A stretch of 64,000 nt of DNA from Candidatus Multivoradales bacterium (GCA_965223855.1 CBDCXM010000009.1:1728001-1792000); one strand, 5' to 3'. Positions 10,231 through 20,336 are shown, numbered from the stretch's first letter. The notes: a model not told the origin generated them from the letters alone. Translations and numbers: made by a program.

Positions 10231-13200
10231 GTGACCATCGTCCTGACGCTGGTGTGTGGAGCGCTCGCTCTGTGGGTGCTGCGCCTCAACGGGAGGCTCG
10301 ATCGGCACAGGGCTCGTCTGGTCTGGCTGGAGGGGGCGCTGCGCGACGAGCGGCGTAGGGCACAGGCCGGACGCGAGCGTTCCGAAGAGGCGGTCGAGGC
10401 CGCAACGCCCGAAGCCGATACCCCTGAAGCCGATGTGCCCGAAGCCGATGTGCCCGATGCCGGCGCGCCCGGACCGGACGTGCCCGAGTTCGACGAGGCC
10501 CCCTCCGGCGAGAGCGTCGAGTCGTCGGATGCGGCGGACAGACCGCTCGCGGTGCCCCCGGCACTGTCTCCAGCCACTAGCCCGGCCGTGCCTACGTCCT
10601 CTGCCGGGGTGCAGGAGGTGGAGGTGGAGGTGGAGGAGGAGTGGGTCGAGGGCGCTCCTTCCCGAGTGCCGCAGATCGACTGGGAGCGCTGGATCGGCGT
10701 CCGCGGCGCGGCGGTGCTCGGCGGTGTCGTGCTGGCGCTCGCGGCGGTGCTCTTCCTGCGCTACTCGATCGAGCGTGGCCTCATCCCGCCGATCGTGCGG
10801 GTCGCCTTCGGCTTCCTCGCCGGCGTCGGCTCGCTGGTCGGCTCCGAGACGGTGCGCCGCCGCGGCTACCGGGCGGTGGCGGATGCCACGGCGGGCGCCG
10901 GCGTCGTCATCCTCTACGCCTCGACGTGGGCGGCGCGCGAGCTCTACGAGCTGATCCCGGCGCCGGTGGCGTGGGCGCTGATGGTGCTCGTCACCGTCGT
11001 CTGCGGCCTGCTCTCGTGGCGCCGCGAAGCGCGGCTGATCGCCCTGCTGGGACTCGCCGGCGGCTTCGCGACTCCGCTGCTGCTGTCGAGCGCCGAGAAC
11101 GACCCGCTGTCGCTGTTCGCCTACCTGCTGCTGCTCGACATCGGCCTCCTGTGGCTGGCGCGCCGTAACCGCTGGCCGATCCTCGCCGGGCTGTCGCTGG
11201 CCGGGACCTTCCTCTACCAGACGGTCTGGATCGTATTCGGCCTCGAGGCCGATCGGCTGCCGCTGGCACTGGTCGTCCTCGGCGTCTTCGCGGCACTCTA
11301 CGTCTTGGCCGCGCCCAAGCTCCGGTCGACGGAGACGTCGGGGGAAGGGTCGGAGGAGCTCCTTTCGACCTGGACCGTCTCGCGCATCGGGGCGCTGGTG
11401 CTGCCGTTCCTGCTGACCCTCATGCTCGCTGCGCGCACCGACCTCGGCGAACGGCTGTGGCCGTTGGCCGTGCTGGCGGCCCTCCTGACGACGGCGGCCG
11501 TCTGGCTCGATCGGGGCGGCAGGGAACCGCCGCTCTCGCTGGGTGCCGCGGGCTGCCTGCTGGCGTTGTGGACGATCTGGAACGGCGCGCGCCAACTGAC
11601 GGTGACGGGCGTCTGGGAGACGGCGGCGGTCGCGATCCTTCTCGCGCTGGCCCTCCACTGGCCGCTCGAGTTGCGCCGGCGGGGACGGGTCGAGGAGGCG
11701 GCGCGGGCGGCGCTCGTCTTCTCGCTCGGTGCCGCCTTCGTCTGGTGCTGCGCGAGGCTGCCGAAGGAAGCGTCTGCGCTCGCGCCGTGGCTGGCGGGTC
11801 TCGTCGGGCTGGCGAGTCTCGCACTGCGGCAGGCGAGACTCCTCGCTGAAGGATGGAGACTGGCGGCAGCCGCGCTGCCGCCGCTCGGCCTTGCCGCCTT
11901 GCTGCTCCAGTGGGAGGGTCCGGCACGACTGTCGGCCTCCGGTGTCGCGGCGTTCGCCGTTCTGGCTTCGTTCCCCTACTCCGCTTTGGCGTTGCGTCGG
12001 GCCGAGTCGGCCGAGCGGTGGCGGCGTGCCGCCCTCCTTGCGCCATGCGCGACTCTGCTGGTGCTCGCCCCGTTCGCGCTCCGGCTTTCCTCGTCTCCGT
12101 GGGTCTTTCTCATCACCACCCTGGCGCTCGGTGCGCTCGCCTGCTTCGCCTGTGCGAGCCGCGCCTCCGGTCGCGGGTACGTCGCCACAGGCGGCTCGCT
12201 GGCGATGGCCCAGTGGGCGGGGGCGTTGGCGTTTCTCGGCAGTGGAATCGAGGGGGCGCCGATCGCCGTCCTCGTCTGCGGGACCCTCGCGGTGGTGCTG
12301 CTCGCCTTCTGGCCGTTCGTCCACCGCGGCAGGCTGCTCGACTCGCGGCCGACGCTCTACGTCGCCGCGCTCGCCGCGCCGGTCTGGTTCCTGCCGCTCC
12401 GTGCCGCCTGGCTCGAGCTGTGGGGCGATCGCTCGATAGCCCTTCTGCCGCTCGCTCTCGGTGGGATCACCTGTGCGGCCGCCGCCTGTGCGCGTCGCGT
12501 CTCGGGAGGGGAGAGGGTCGTCCGGCAGCTCGCCTGGCTGCTCGGAGTCGCGATCGGCTTCCTGGCGCTGGCGATCCCGTTGCAGCTCGATCGCGAGTGG
12601 CTGACCCTCGGCTGGGCGCTCCAGGGGGCGGCGCTCGTGTGGCTGTGGCGGCGGCTCGATCATCCGGGCCTGCGCTACGCCGGCCTGGCGCTCCTCGCGG
12701 TCGTGACGGCGCGACTGGTGGCGAACCCGGCGGTGCTCGGCTACCACGCCAAGGCGTCGGTGCCGGTCTTGAACTGGCTGCTCTACGCCTACGGTGTGCC
12801 GGTCGCCGCCCTGATCGCCGCCGCGACCTTCCAGGCCCCGCTGGAGATCGAGCGCCGCACCGCCCGGGAGCGCGACCTCTACGACGGGCCGATCCGGCTG
12901 GGGGCGGCGGCGTGCGGCCTGGCGGCGATCGTCGTCTCGTTCGTCTGGGTCAATCTGACGATCTTCGACGCCTTCGCGGACGGGCCGGTGGTCCGTCTGA
13001 CGCTCGATCGGATGCCGGCCCGCGACCTGACGCTGTCGCTCGCCTGGATCGTCTTCGCGGTCGCCCTGCTGGCGCTCGGGATGGCGCGCCACAGCTCGGC
13101 GTTGCGCTGGCTCAGCCTCGCCTTCCTCGTTCTGGCGATCGGCAAGGTGTTTCTCTACGATCTCGGCGAGCTGGAAGAGCTCTACCGCGTCGCCTCGTTG

Positions 13201-13281
13201 GCGGGACTGGCGATCTCGCTGCTCCTCGTCTCGCTCGCCTATCAACGCTTCGTCTTCGGCCGCGACAAGCCCCGGGAGTGA
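10231..13281 (+). CDS. Large polytopic membrane protein, DUF2339-like
   Basis: Acidic linker followed by DWERWIG...LGGVVLAL, GLAGGFATPLL and C-terminal KVFLYDLGEL...YRVASL. Many TM segments. Confidence 0.8.
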   Translation: MTIVLTLVCGALALWVLRLNGRLDRHRARLVWLEGALRDERRRAQAGRERSEEAVEAATPEADTPEADVPEADVPDAGAPGPDVPEFDEAPSGESVESSDAADRPLAVPPALSPATSPAVPTSSAGVQEVEVEVEEEWVEGAPSRVPQIDWERWIGVRGAAVLGGVVLALAAVLFLRYSIERGLIPPIVRVAFGFLAGVGSLVGSETVRRRGYRAVADATAGAGVVILYASTWAARELYELIPAPVAWALMVLVTVVCGLLSWRREARLIALLGLAGGFATPLLLSSAENDPLSLFAYLLLLDIGLLWLARRNRWPILAGLSLAGTFLYQTVWIVFGLEADRLPLALVVLGVFAALYVLAAPKLRSTETSGEGSEELLSTWTVSRIGALVLPFLLTLMLAARTDLGERLWPLAVLAALLTTAAVWLDRGGREPPLSLGAAGCLLALWTIWNGARQLTVTGVWETAAVAILLALALHWPLELRRRGRVEEAARAALVFSLGAAFVWCCARLPKEASALAPWLAGLVGLASLALRQARLLAEGWRLAAAALPPLGLAALLLQWEGPARLSASGVAAFAVLASFPYSALALRRAESAERWRRAALLAPCATLLVLAPFALRLSSSPWVFLITTLALGALACFACASRASGRGYVATGGSLAMAQWAGALAFLGSGIEGAPIAVLVCGTLAVVLLAFWPFVHRGRLLDSRPTLYVAALAAPVWFLPLRAAWLELWGDRSIALLPLALGGITCAAAACARRVSGGERVVRQLAWLLGVAIGFLALAIPLQLDREWLTLGWALQGAALVWLWRRLDHPGLRYAGLALLAVVTARLVANPAVLGYHAKASVPVLNWLLYAYGVPVAALIAAATFQAPLEIERRTARERDLYDGPIRLGAAACGLAAIVVSFVWVNLTIFDAFADGPVVRLTLDRMPARDLTLSLAWIVFAVALLALGMARHSSALRWLSLAFLVLAIGKVFLYDLGELEELYRVASLAGLAISLLLVSLAYQRFVFGRDKPRE
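10408..10488 (+). repeat. Degenerate 15-bp coding tandem repeat (PEADT-PEADV-PEADV-PDAGA-PGPDV)
   Basis: cccgaagccgatacc / cctgaagccgatgtg / cccgaagccgatgtg / cccgatgccggcgcg / cccggaccggacgtg, within the linker. Confidence 0.8.
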
Positions 13282-13285
13282 ACCG

Positions 13286-15292
13286 ATGAGACCGACCCGC
13301 GCCTTTGCTCTGCTCCTCGCCGCGGTCGTTGCGCCGGCCGCCGGCGACGGCCGGCTGGAGACGCTCTTCTCGCACGCGGCCGAAGTGACCGTCGAGGGCG
13401 AGGGGCTGGCGGCGCTCTCGCTGCCGCTGGACGTGATCTCGAGCTGCCGGCCGGATCTCTCCGACGTGCGGCTCGTCGATGGCGAAGGGCGGGAGGTGCC
13501 CTATCTGGTCGACTCCGGCGTCGCGCCGGAGCGGAGCCTCGAACGGCTGGAACGTCTCCAGCTCGAAGTGCTCGAGGTCGCAAGATCCACCGAGACGAGC
13601 GACACGGCGCCGCACGTGAGGAGAGAGACACTGCGCCTCCGGATCCCCGACGAGGCACGAAGCGGCGCCTGGGAGCTCGTCCTCGAGACCGGCAGCGCGG
13701 CTTTCGTGCGGCGGGTCGAGGTGAGCGAGCTCCCTTCGGACGACCGCGAGCCGCGATCGTCAGCCGGCTCGGTCTTTCGTCTGCCGGCTTCGGGTCTCGA
13801 GAACCTCTCTGTCGCGCTCGGGCCGCTCGAAGGGGAGAAGCTGCTCGTGGACATCTCGGGACAGGAGGAGTTCTGGCTGTCGCCGACGCCGGTACTCCTG
13901 CGGAGCACCGAGCTGGCCGGTCGCGCCCGGCTGCGGGCACCGCTGGCGATTCTCGAGCGCTCGGAGCACGACGGCCGCACCCGGCTGATCCTGGAGCGCC
14001 CGCGTGGGCTGGTGGCCGATCGGCTGGTCGTCGAGACCTCGACGGCGACCTTCCGCCGCGCGGTCCAGGTCCACGACGAAGGGCCGGGAGGGGAGGGGAG
14101 GATCGGCTCCGGCGAGTGGATTCGCGTAGAGGCCTTCTCGCCGGCTGAGCAGCTCGAGGTAGACCTCGCGCGTGCTGCCGGCGACCGGCTGCGGGTCGAG
14201 ATCGAGAACGGCGACAGCCCACCCCTCGAAGGGCTGACGATCCACGCCGAGGTGCGCCAGCCGGCACTCGTCTTCTCGGCTGCTGCCGGCGCCGAGCGCC
14301 TGCTCTTCGGTGGAGGCCGCGCCCACCGGCCCGCCTACGATCTGGCCCGCCTGTCGCCGCGGCTGCCGGCCGGTGGCAGCGAGGCCGACCTCGCCCTGCG
14401 CCTGCGCGACCGGGAGCGGCTCGCCACCGTGGCTCTGGGCCCTCTCGCTCCCAATCCCGACTTCGACCCGCAGCCGGCGCTCGCCTTCGCGATGGCGCCC
14501 GGGGCCCGGCTCGACCCGGCCGGCTACAGCCACCGGCAGGTGATCGATGCGGAGCCGTCGGCCGAGGGGCTCAACCGGGTCGCGCTCGACGTCGCGCTGC
14601 TCGCCCACGCGCGCACCGACCTCGCCGACCTTCGCGTGGTCGACGCCTTCGGTCTCCAGCGACCGTTTTTGCTCGAGCGCCCGGGCACGCTCGAGCGGTG
14701 GTCGCTCGGTCCCGAGGACAGAGTCACCGAGGGCGGCTCCACCTCCTACGAGCTCACGCTGCCGGTCCGGCCGCTGCCGGTCGAAGGGCTGACACTCTCG
14801 ACACCGGAGCCGTTCTTCGACCGCGACTACAAGGTGTTCGGCGCCGTCGATGAGGACGAGGAGGTCGTGGCGACCGGCCGGTTGGCGCGGCAGCTGGGAG
14901 ACGTCGCCCCGGTGACCGTGCCCCTACCTGCGCGGAGATGGGCCTCGCTCCGCCTCGAGGTCGAGGACGGCGACAACCCACCGCTCGCCCTCGAACAGGT
15001 GGAGGGCTCGGCGCGCCTCCCGGCGCTCTACTTCCCGGCTCCGCCCGGCCGCTACCACCTCCTCGCCGGCCAGGCGGACTCAGCCGCGCCGCGCTACGAG
15101 CTGGAGCGGGTCCGCGAGGTGGTGCTCGCAGTGTCGGCGGGCTCTGCGGAGTCCGCCGCGGTCGAGCCCAACCCCGACTATTCGCCGAAGCGGTGGGGGA
15201 GCGGCGACTTCGCCCAGACCGCGCTCCTGTGGGCTGCGATCGCCGCTGCCGTGCTGTCGCTCGCCTGGATGACGGTACGGCTGAGCCGCTAG
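13286..15292 (+). CDS. Exported, C-terminally anchored protein, DUF3999-like, with internal duplication
   Basis: Signal peptide and C-terminal TM (LLWAAIAAAVLSLAWM). Paired motifs DLSDVRLVD/DLADLRVVD, IENGDSPPL/VEDGDNPPL and PAYDL/PRYEL. Confidence 0.7.
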   Translation: MRPTRAFALLLAAVVAPAAGDGRLETLFSHAAEVTVEGEGLAALSLPLDVISSCRPDLSDVRLVDGEGREVPYLVDSGVAPERSLERLERLQLEVLEVARSTETSDTAPHVRRETLRLRIPDEARSGAWELVLETGSAAFVRRVEVSELPSDDREPRSSAGSVFRLPASGLENLSVALGPLEGEKLLVDISGQEEFWLSPTPVLLRSTELAGRARLRAPLAILERSEHDGRTRLILERPRGLVADRLVVETSTATFRRAVQVHDEGPGGEGRIGSGEWIRVEAFSPAEQLEVDLARAAGDRLRVEIENGDSPPLEGLTIHAEVRQPALVFSAAAGAERLLFGGGRAHRPAYDLARLSPRLPAGGSEADLALRLRDRERLATVALGPLAPNPDFDPQPALAFAMAPGARLDPAGYSHRQVIDAEPSAEGLNRVALDVALLAHARTDLADLRVVDAFGLQRPFLLERPGTLERWSLGPEDRVTEGGSTSYELTLPVRPLPVEGLTLSTPEPFFDRDYKVFGAVDEDEEVVATGRLARQLGDVAPVTVPLPARRWASLRLEVEDGDNPPLALEQVEGSARLPALYFPAPPGRYHLLAGQADSAAPRYELERVREVVLAVSAGSAESAAVEPNPDYSPKRWGSGDFAQTALLWAAIAAAVLSLAWMTVRLSR

Positions 15293-15305
15293 CCTGGCGA
15301 GCCGT

Positions 15306-15905
15306 CTACTCTGCGGCGTCCGGCTCGGTGCGGGCCTCGTCGGGAGCGGCGAACAGCAGCCCCTCGACCTCGCCGAGGATGCCGAGCAGTTCGTGCACCC
15401 GCTCCTGCCCCTCGCCCTCGGGATAGGTGTAGGTGAGGGTCAGCGGCCGGCTCGAGTCGGTCGGGTGGAGGGCGAAGATCCAGGTCTGCTCCTCGCGCCC
15501 GCCGTCGGCGTCGTCGGAGCCTGCGTCATAGGAGCCGCGCGAGTAGTAGGCCGGGCCCCACGGCGTGCCGAGCTCGCGCGAGCCGTTGTAGTTCCCGCCC
15601 GGCTTCGCCCGGAAGGCGTCGCCGCGCTGCTGCACCGCCGCCTGCAGGTTGAGTCCGTTCTCCGGCGGCCCGACGGCGAACTCGAGAAGGCCGCCGGTCT
15701 CGTGGCTGGTGGTGAAGGCGAGTCTCTCGGCGCTGTTGGCGTCGAGGACGAACGGCTCCGGTACATGGGCCAGGGCGAGCCCCATCGCGGGGTTCTCGAT
15801 CCGCTCGCCGCCTGCCGCGACCGGAGTGCTCTCCTGGCGGGCGCAGCCGGCGGCCGCGAGCACGGCGACGATCGCTGCGACGGTAACGAGAGATGGGCGC
15901 TTCAT
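15306..15905 (-). CDS. Hypothetical lipoprotein
   Basis: MKR followed by a hydrophobic stretch and lipobox AAGC. ATGA overlap with the pntB stop. Confidence 0.75.
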   Translation of the reverse strand: MKRPSLVTVAAIVAVLAAAGCARQESTPVAAGGERIENPAMGLALAHVPEPFVLDANSAERLAFTTSHETGGLLEFAVGPPENGLNLQAAVQQRGDAFRAKPGGNYNGSRELGTPWGPAYYSRGSYDAGSDDADGGREEQTWIFALHPTDSSRPLTLTYTYPEGEGQERVHELLGILGEVEGLLFAAPDEARTEPDAAE

Positions 15906-17332
15906 GACGCCAGGTCCTTGAGTTCCTTGACGAGGTCCTGCAGCACCTTCTTGGCGTCGCCGAAGATCATCATCGTGTTGTCCTGTTCGAAGAGGGTGTT
16001 CTTGATCCCGGCGTAGCCGGCCGAGAGGCTGCGCTTGACGACGATCACCATCCGGCTGTCGGCGACGGTGAGGATCGGCATGCCGTAGATCGGGCTCCCC
16101 GGCTCGGTCTCGGCGGCCGGGTTGACGACGTCGTTGGCGCCGACGACGAGCACCACGTCGGTGGTCTTGAACTCGGGGTTGACGGTGTCCATCTCGAGCA
16201 GCAGCTCGTACGGCACGTCCGCCTCGGCGAGCAGCACGTTCATGTGCCCCGGCATCCGCCCCGCCACCGGGTGGATCGCATAGGTCACCTTGACCCCGCG
16301 GGCGGTCAGAAGATCGGCCATCTCGCGCACCGTGTGCTGCGCCTGCGCGACGGCGAGGCCGTAGCCGGGGACGACGACCACCGACTCAGCGTCCTCGAGC
16401 GTCAGCGCCGCCTCTTCGGCGCTGAACGAGCGGACGTTGACGTACTCGCTGTCGCCGCCGCCCGAGTCGTCGTCGCCGAAGTCGGCGAAGAGCACGTGGC
16501 CCAGCGTGCGGTTCATCGCCTTGCACATCACCTGCGTGAGGATCAGCCCCGAGGCGCCGACCAGGGCGCCGCTGATGATCAGCAGGTTGTTGTTGAGCAC
16601 GAAGCCGGTCGCCGCCGCCGCGACGCCGGAGAGCGAGTTCAGAAGCGAGATCACCACCGGCATGTCGGCGCCGCCGATCGGCAGCACCAGCAGGATGCCG
16701 AAGACGAGGCCGACCGCCGTCAGGGCGAGCCCCGCCGCCGCCACCGGGCCCGGCGCGCCGGCGAAGAACGTCAGGAACACCCCGGCGCCGATCGCCACGA
16801 GAGCGATCGTCGAGTTGATCGCGTTGCGGGCGCCGAGCCAGGCGGGGCGCCCGCGCAGCTTGCCGGAGAGCTTGGCAAAGGCGATCAGGCTTCCCGACAG
16901 CGTCACGGTGCCGATGAGAATCGACAGGAAGGCGGTCAGCGCGTTCGAGCCGCCGAGGATCGCCGCCGGCGTGCCGTCGCGCCCCGGCTCGACGATCGTC
17001 AGCCACAGGATCGCCAGCGCGACGAGGGCGGAGGCGCCGCCGCCGAAGCCGTTGAAGAGCGCCACCAGTTCCGGCATCGAGGTCATCTCGACCTTGAGCG
17101 CGGCGAAGGCGCCGACGATCGCGCCGACGGCGAGGCCGGCGAGGATCCAGCGGTAGTCGATCGCGCCGAGCTCCACCAGGGTCGCCACGACCGCGATGAG
17201 CATCGCCACCGCCGAGGTCAGGTTGCCGCGCCGCGCGGTCTTGACCTTGGTCAGCCCCTTGAGGCCGAGGATGAAGAGCACGGCGGACGCCAGATAGAGG
17301 AGCGGCACCGCCTGCTGCAGCCAGCCGTTCAT
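15902..17332 (-). CDS. pntB: NAD(P) transhydrogenase beta subunit
   Basis: MPELVALFNGFGG, IGGADMPVVISLLNS, VPGYGLAVAQAQ, IHPVAGRMPGHMNVLLAEA and GANDVVNPAA. Confidence 0.97.
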   Translation of the reverse strand: MNGWLQQAVPLLYLASAVLFILGLKGLTKVKTARRGNLTSAVAMLIAVVATLVELGAIDYRWILAGLAVGAIVGAFAALKVEMTSMPELVALFNGFGGGASALVALAILWLTIVEPGRDGTPAAILGGSNALTAFLSILIGTVTLSGSLIAFAKLSGKLRGRPAWLGARNAINSTIALVAIGAGVFLTFFAGAPGPVAAAGLALTAVGLVFGILLVLPIGGADMPVVISLLNSLSGVAAAATGFVLNNNLLIISGALVGASGLILTQVMCKAMNRTLGHVLFADFGDDDSGGGDSEYVNVRSFSAEEAALTLEDAESVVVVPGYGLAVAQAQHTVREMADLLTARGVKVTYAIHPVAGRMPGHMNVLLAEADVPYELLLEMDTVNPEFKTTDVVLVVGANDVVNPAAETEPGSPIYGMPILTVADSRMVIVVKRSLSAGYAGIKNTLFEQDNTMMIFGDAKKVLQDLVKELKDLAS

Positions 17333-17622
17333 CGCTTGTCTTTCTTGCCGCCGAACATGCCGAGCATCCGGTCGGTGACGAGGAACCCGCCGACGACGTT
17401 GATCGTCGCGCAGGCGATCGCCGCGGCCCCGAGGATGCTCGACAGCTTGACGTCACCGAAGCGGGCGACGGTAAGCGCCCCGACCAGGGTGATGCCCGAA
17501 ACCGCGTTGGCCCCCGACATCAGCGGGGTGTGGAGCGTCGGCGGGATCTTGTTGATGATCTCGAAGCCGACGAAGCAGGCGAGGACAAAAACATACAGTC
17601 CGATGAGGAGAACTCCCATCAC
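17329..17622 (-). CDS. pntAB: NAD(P) transhydrogenase alpha subunit part 2 (membrane part)
   Basis: PPTLHTPLMSGANAVSG and INVVGGFLVTDRMLGMF. Confidence 0.95.
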   Translation of the reverse strand: MMGVLLIGLYVFVLACFVGFEIINKIPPTLHTPLMSGANAVSGITLVGALTVARFGDVKLSSILGAAAIACATINVVGGFLVTDRMLGMFGGKKDKR

Positions 17623-18782
17623 TCCTCCTCCGTGGTGGCGACGCCGAGCGCTTCGGCGACCCGTGTTTCGACGACCTGTCCCCGGTGGGTCACCAGGGCG
17701 GCGCCGGTGATCTCGTCGTCGGTGTCGATTTCGACGCCCTCCTCTCCCGTCAGGTGCTCGACCAGCGCCAGCAGGTTGCGCGAGTAGACGCGGCTGGCGT
17801 CGAGCGGCACCGTGGCCGGCAGGTTGATCGGCCCGAGGATCCGCACCCCGCCGTGCTCGACCTCCTGGCCCGCCTCGGTCAGCTCGCAGTTGCCACCCTG
17901 CTCGGCCGCCAGATCGACGATCACGGCGCCCGGCTTCATCACCTCCACCATCTCGCGACGCAGCAGCACCGGCGCCTTGCGTCCCGGCACCTGCGCGGTC
18001 GTGATGACGGCGTCGGCACTCTCGAGGTGGCGGGTAAGGATCTCGCGCTGGCGGGTGAGGAAGTCCTCGCCGACCGCCTTGGCGTAGCCCCCCTCACCGG
18101 AACCGCTCTCCATCTCCGGCAGATCGATGAAGCGTCCGCCGAGCGACTCGACCTGCTCCTTGACCTCGGGCCGGATGTCGGAGACCTCGACGATCGCGCC
18201 GAGCCGCTTGGCGGTCGCCAGCGCCTGCAGGCCGGCGACGCCGCCGCCGAGGATGACGAAGCGCGACGGGCGGATCGTGCCGGCGGCGGTCATCAGCATC
18301 GGCACGTAGCGCACCAGCCGCTCGGCGGCGACGAGCACCGCCTTGTAGCCGCCGACGTTCGCCTGCGACGACAGCGCGTCCATGCTCTGCGCGCGGGTGA
18401 TCCGCGGCACGAACTCCATCGCGATCGAGCTCACGCCAGCGGCGGCGAGCCGCTCCATGCGCTCGAGGTTGGCGAACGGGTCGAGCAGGCCGATCAGGAG
18501 CGCGCCGTCGGCGAGCCGATCGAGCTCGTCGCCGTCGCCCCAGTCGCCGGGGCCGGCGACCTTGAGGACGACCTCGGCGTTCTTCCAGCCGTCGTCCGGC
18601 GAGGCCTCTAGGCTCGCGCCGGCTTCGCGAAAGGCGTCGTCGCCGATCAGTGCGCCGTTGCCGGCGCCCGCTTCGACGGTGACCTCGAAGCCGAGGTCGG
18701 AGAGCTTCGAGACGGTCTCTGGGGTGGCGGCGACGCGCTGTTCGAACGGACGCCGTTCCTTCGGAATGAAGAGTCGTGTCAT
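17619..18782 (-). CDS. pntAA: NAD(P) transhydrogenase alpha subunit part 1 (dI)
   Basis: Start MTRLFIPKE at 18782. Motifs RVAATPET, PRITRAQSMDALSSQAN, GGGVAGLQA, GEGGYA and DLAAEQGGNC. Confidence 0.95.
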   Translation of the reverse strand: MTRLFIPKERRPFEQRVAATPETVSKLSDLGFEVTVEAGAGNGALIGDDAFREAGASLEASPDDGWKNAEVVLKVAGPGDWGDGDELDRLADGALLIGLLDPFANLERMERLAAAGVSSIAMEFVPRITRAQSMDALSSQANVGGYKAVLVAAERLVRYVPMLMTAAGTIRPSRFVILGGGVAGLQALATAKRLGAIVEVSDIRPEVKEQVESLGGRFIDLPEMESGSGEGGYAKAVGEDFLTRQREILTRHLESADAVITTAQVPGRKAPVLLRREMVEVMKPGAVIVDLAAEQGGNCELTEAGQEVEHGGVRILGPINLPATVPLDASRVYSRNLLALVEHLTGEEGVEIDTDDEITGAALVTHRGQVVETRVAEALGVATTEEE

Positions 18783-18824
18783 GAGTTCCGGGTCGGAAAA
18801 AGAAGGTGGGCTGCGGGGAATCGC

Positions 18825-18848
18825 ATCGTAGCGTCGGGGCGCTACGAT
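18825..18848. promoter_or_regulatory. Perfect 9-bp inverted repeat carrying back-to-back -10-like hexamers between divergent pntA and tmk
   Basis: ATCGTAGCG-tcgggg-CGCTACGAT gives TACGAT on each strand, each pointing at its gene. Confidence 0.55.
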
Positions 18849-18856
18849 AGGCAATC

Positions 18857-19504
18857 GTGACGGGTCGATTCATCACTTTCGAGGGGCCGGACGGGAGCGG
18901 CAAGAGCACCCATCTCGCCCGCGCCGCCGAGAGGTTGCGCGCGCGCGGCGAAGCGGTCGTCTGCTCGCGCGAGCCCGGTGGTACGGCGCTGGGTCGGGCG
19001 CTGCGGCAGGTGTTCCTCGACTCGCCGTGGGACGAGCCCGACGGTGCGGTCGAGGCGCTGCTGCTCTTCGCCGCCCGCCGCCAGCATCTGCGCGAGGTGA
19101 TCGAGCCGGCACTCGCAGACGGGCGATGGGTGCTGTGCGACCGCTTCACCGACTCGACCCTCGCCTACCAGGGTTACGCCCGCGGCGGCTCGATCGAGCG
19201 GCTGCGCGAGCTCGATCGCTGGGCGACCGGCGGCCGGCGCCCCGATCGCACTCTGCTCTTCGACCTCCCGGCCACGATTGCCCGCAGCCGCGGCCAGTCG
19301 GAAGACCGCCGGACGAGCGAGAAAGGGGTCAACCGCCTCGACGTCGAGAAGATCGACTTCTACGAGCGGGTCCGCGCCGGCTACCTCGAGCTCGCCCGCC
19401 TGGAGCCGGAACGGTTCGCGATCATCGATTCGCGAGGCTCGGTCGAAGAGACGGCGCGTCAGGTCGAAGAGGCGCTCGACGCCTGGATGGCGGTGGCACC
19501 GTGA
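18857..19504 (+). CDS. tmk: Thymidylate kinase
   Basis: FITFEGPDGSGKST, REPGGT, LLFAARRQH and LCDRFTDSTLAYQG. Confidence 0.97.
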   Translation: MTGRFITFEGPDGSGKSTHLARAAERLRARGEAVVCSREPGGTALGRALRQVFLDSPWDEPDGAVEALLLFAARRQHLREVIEPALADGRWVLCDRFTDSTLAYQGYARGGSIERLRELDRWATGGRRPDRTLLFDLPATIARSRGQSEDRRTSEKGVNRLDVEKIDFYERVRAGYLELARLEPERFAIIDSRGSVEETARQVEEALDAWMAVAP

Positions 19505-19517
19505 AGACGGAAACTCG

Positions 19518-20336
19518 ATGAACCTCGAGGCGGCGAGAGAGATGGCCGTGCGAGGGCGGCTCTACCCTTCGGTGATCCTCCACGGCGCTACCGAAGAGGC
19601 GCGCAGGGAGGCGGCGCTCGAGCTCGCTGCGCGGCTCCTGTGCGAGCGGCCGGGGAGCGACGAGGAGGGGGAGTGCCGTCACTGCCGGCGCCTGCGCTGG
19701 CCGGGAGAAGGGGAGGGCTTCCACCCCGACTTCGAAGTGCTCGAGCGCGACCTCAAGACGGCGACCTCCGTCGAAGCGACCAAGGCGTTCCTGCTCAAGG
19801 CCCAGGTCACGCCGTTCGAAGCGCGAGGGCAGGTGTTCGTCGTCGCCGCTGCCGACACTCTGAGCGAAGAGGCGGCGAACGCGCTCCTCAAGAGCCTCGA
19901 AGAGCCGCATCTCTCCTCGCCGCGCCACTTCCTGCTGCTGGCGCCGTCGCAGTTCGACCTGCTGGCGACGCTGCGCAGCCGCTCGATGGCGGTCTTCCTC
20001 GGCGCCGACCCGCGGCCGTCGGTGGAGGAGTTGAGCGCCAGCGTCGAGGCGTTCTCGAACGCCGTCACCGCCTACGCCCGCTCGAGCTCGAGCGCCGACC
20101 TGCTGGCCGCCGCCGCGGTCCTGTTCGAGGCGGCGGAGTGGAAGGACGCCCGCGCCGGCGAGCCGTGGACCCGCACCGCGGCGATCGTCCGCCACGCCGC
20201 CGACACCCTGCCGGCCGAGGCGCGGCGAGCGGCGATGGAACTCGCCCTCGACCTGCTGGACGGCATCCGGCTGCGCCTGCGCGGAGTGCCCGCCCGACGC
20301 ATTCTCGACGGCCTGACCTTCGAACACCTCGCCTGA
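19518..20336 (+). CDS. holB: DNA polymerase III delta-prime subunit (divergent)
   Basis: Follows tmk. Motifs LLC...CRHC...HPDF, AANALLKSLEEP and LLATLRSRS. Confidence 0.85.
   Translation: MNLEAAREMAVRGRLYPSVILHGATEEARREAALELAARLLCERPGSDEEGECRHCRRLRWPGEGEGFHPDFEVLERDLKTATSVEATKAFLLKAQVTPFEARGQVFVVAAADTLSEEAANALLKSLEEPHLSSPRHFLLLAPSQFDLLATLRSRSMAVFLGADPRPSVEELSASVEAFSNAVTAYARSSSSADLLAAAAVLFEAAEWKDARAGEPWTRTAAIVRHAADTLPAEARRAAMELALDLLDGIRLRLRGVPARRILDGLTFEHLA

Noticed and set aside
8569-13245. 1558-aa minus-strand ORF and other long Arg/Gly/Pro-rich ORFs (e.g. 825-3098, 24615-26360, 53286-55130, 61000-62610)
   Set aside because: These are antisense or alternative-frame shadows of well-supported genes in high-GC DNA, and they carry no motifs.
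19518-20336. Degenerate Walker A in holB as a sign of pseudogenisation
   Set aside because: Delta-prime is normally ATPase-inactive, and the ORF is intact in the conserved tmk-holB context.
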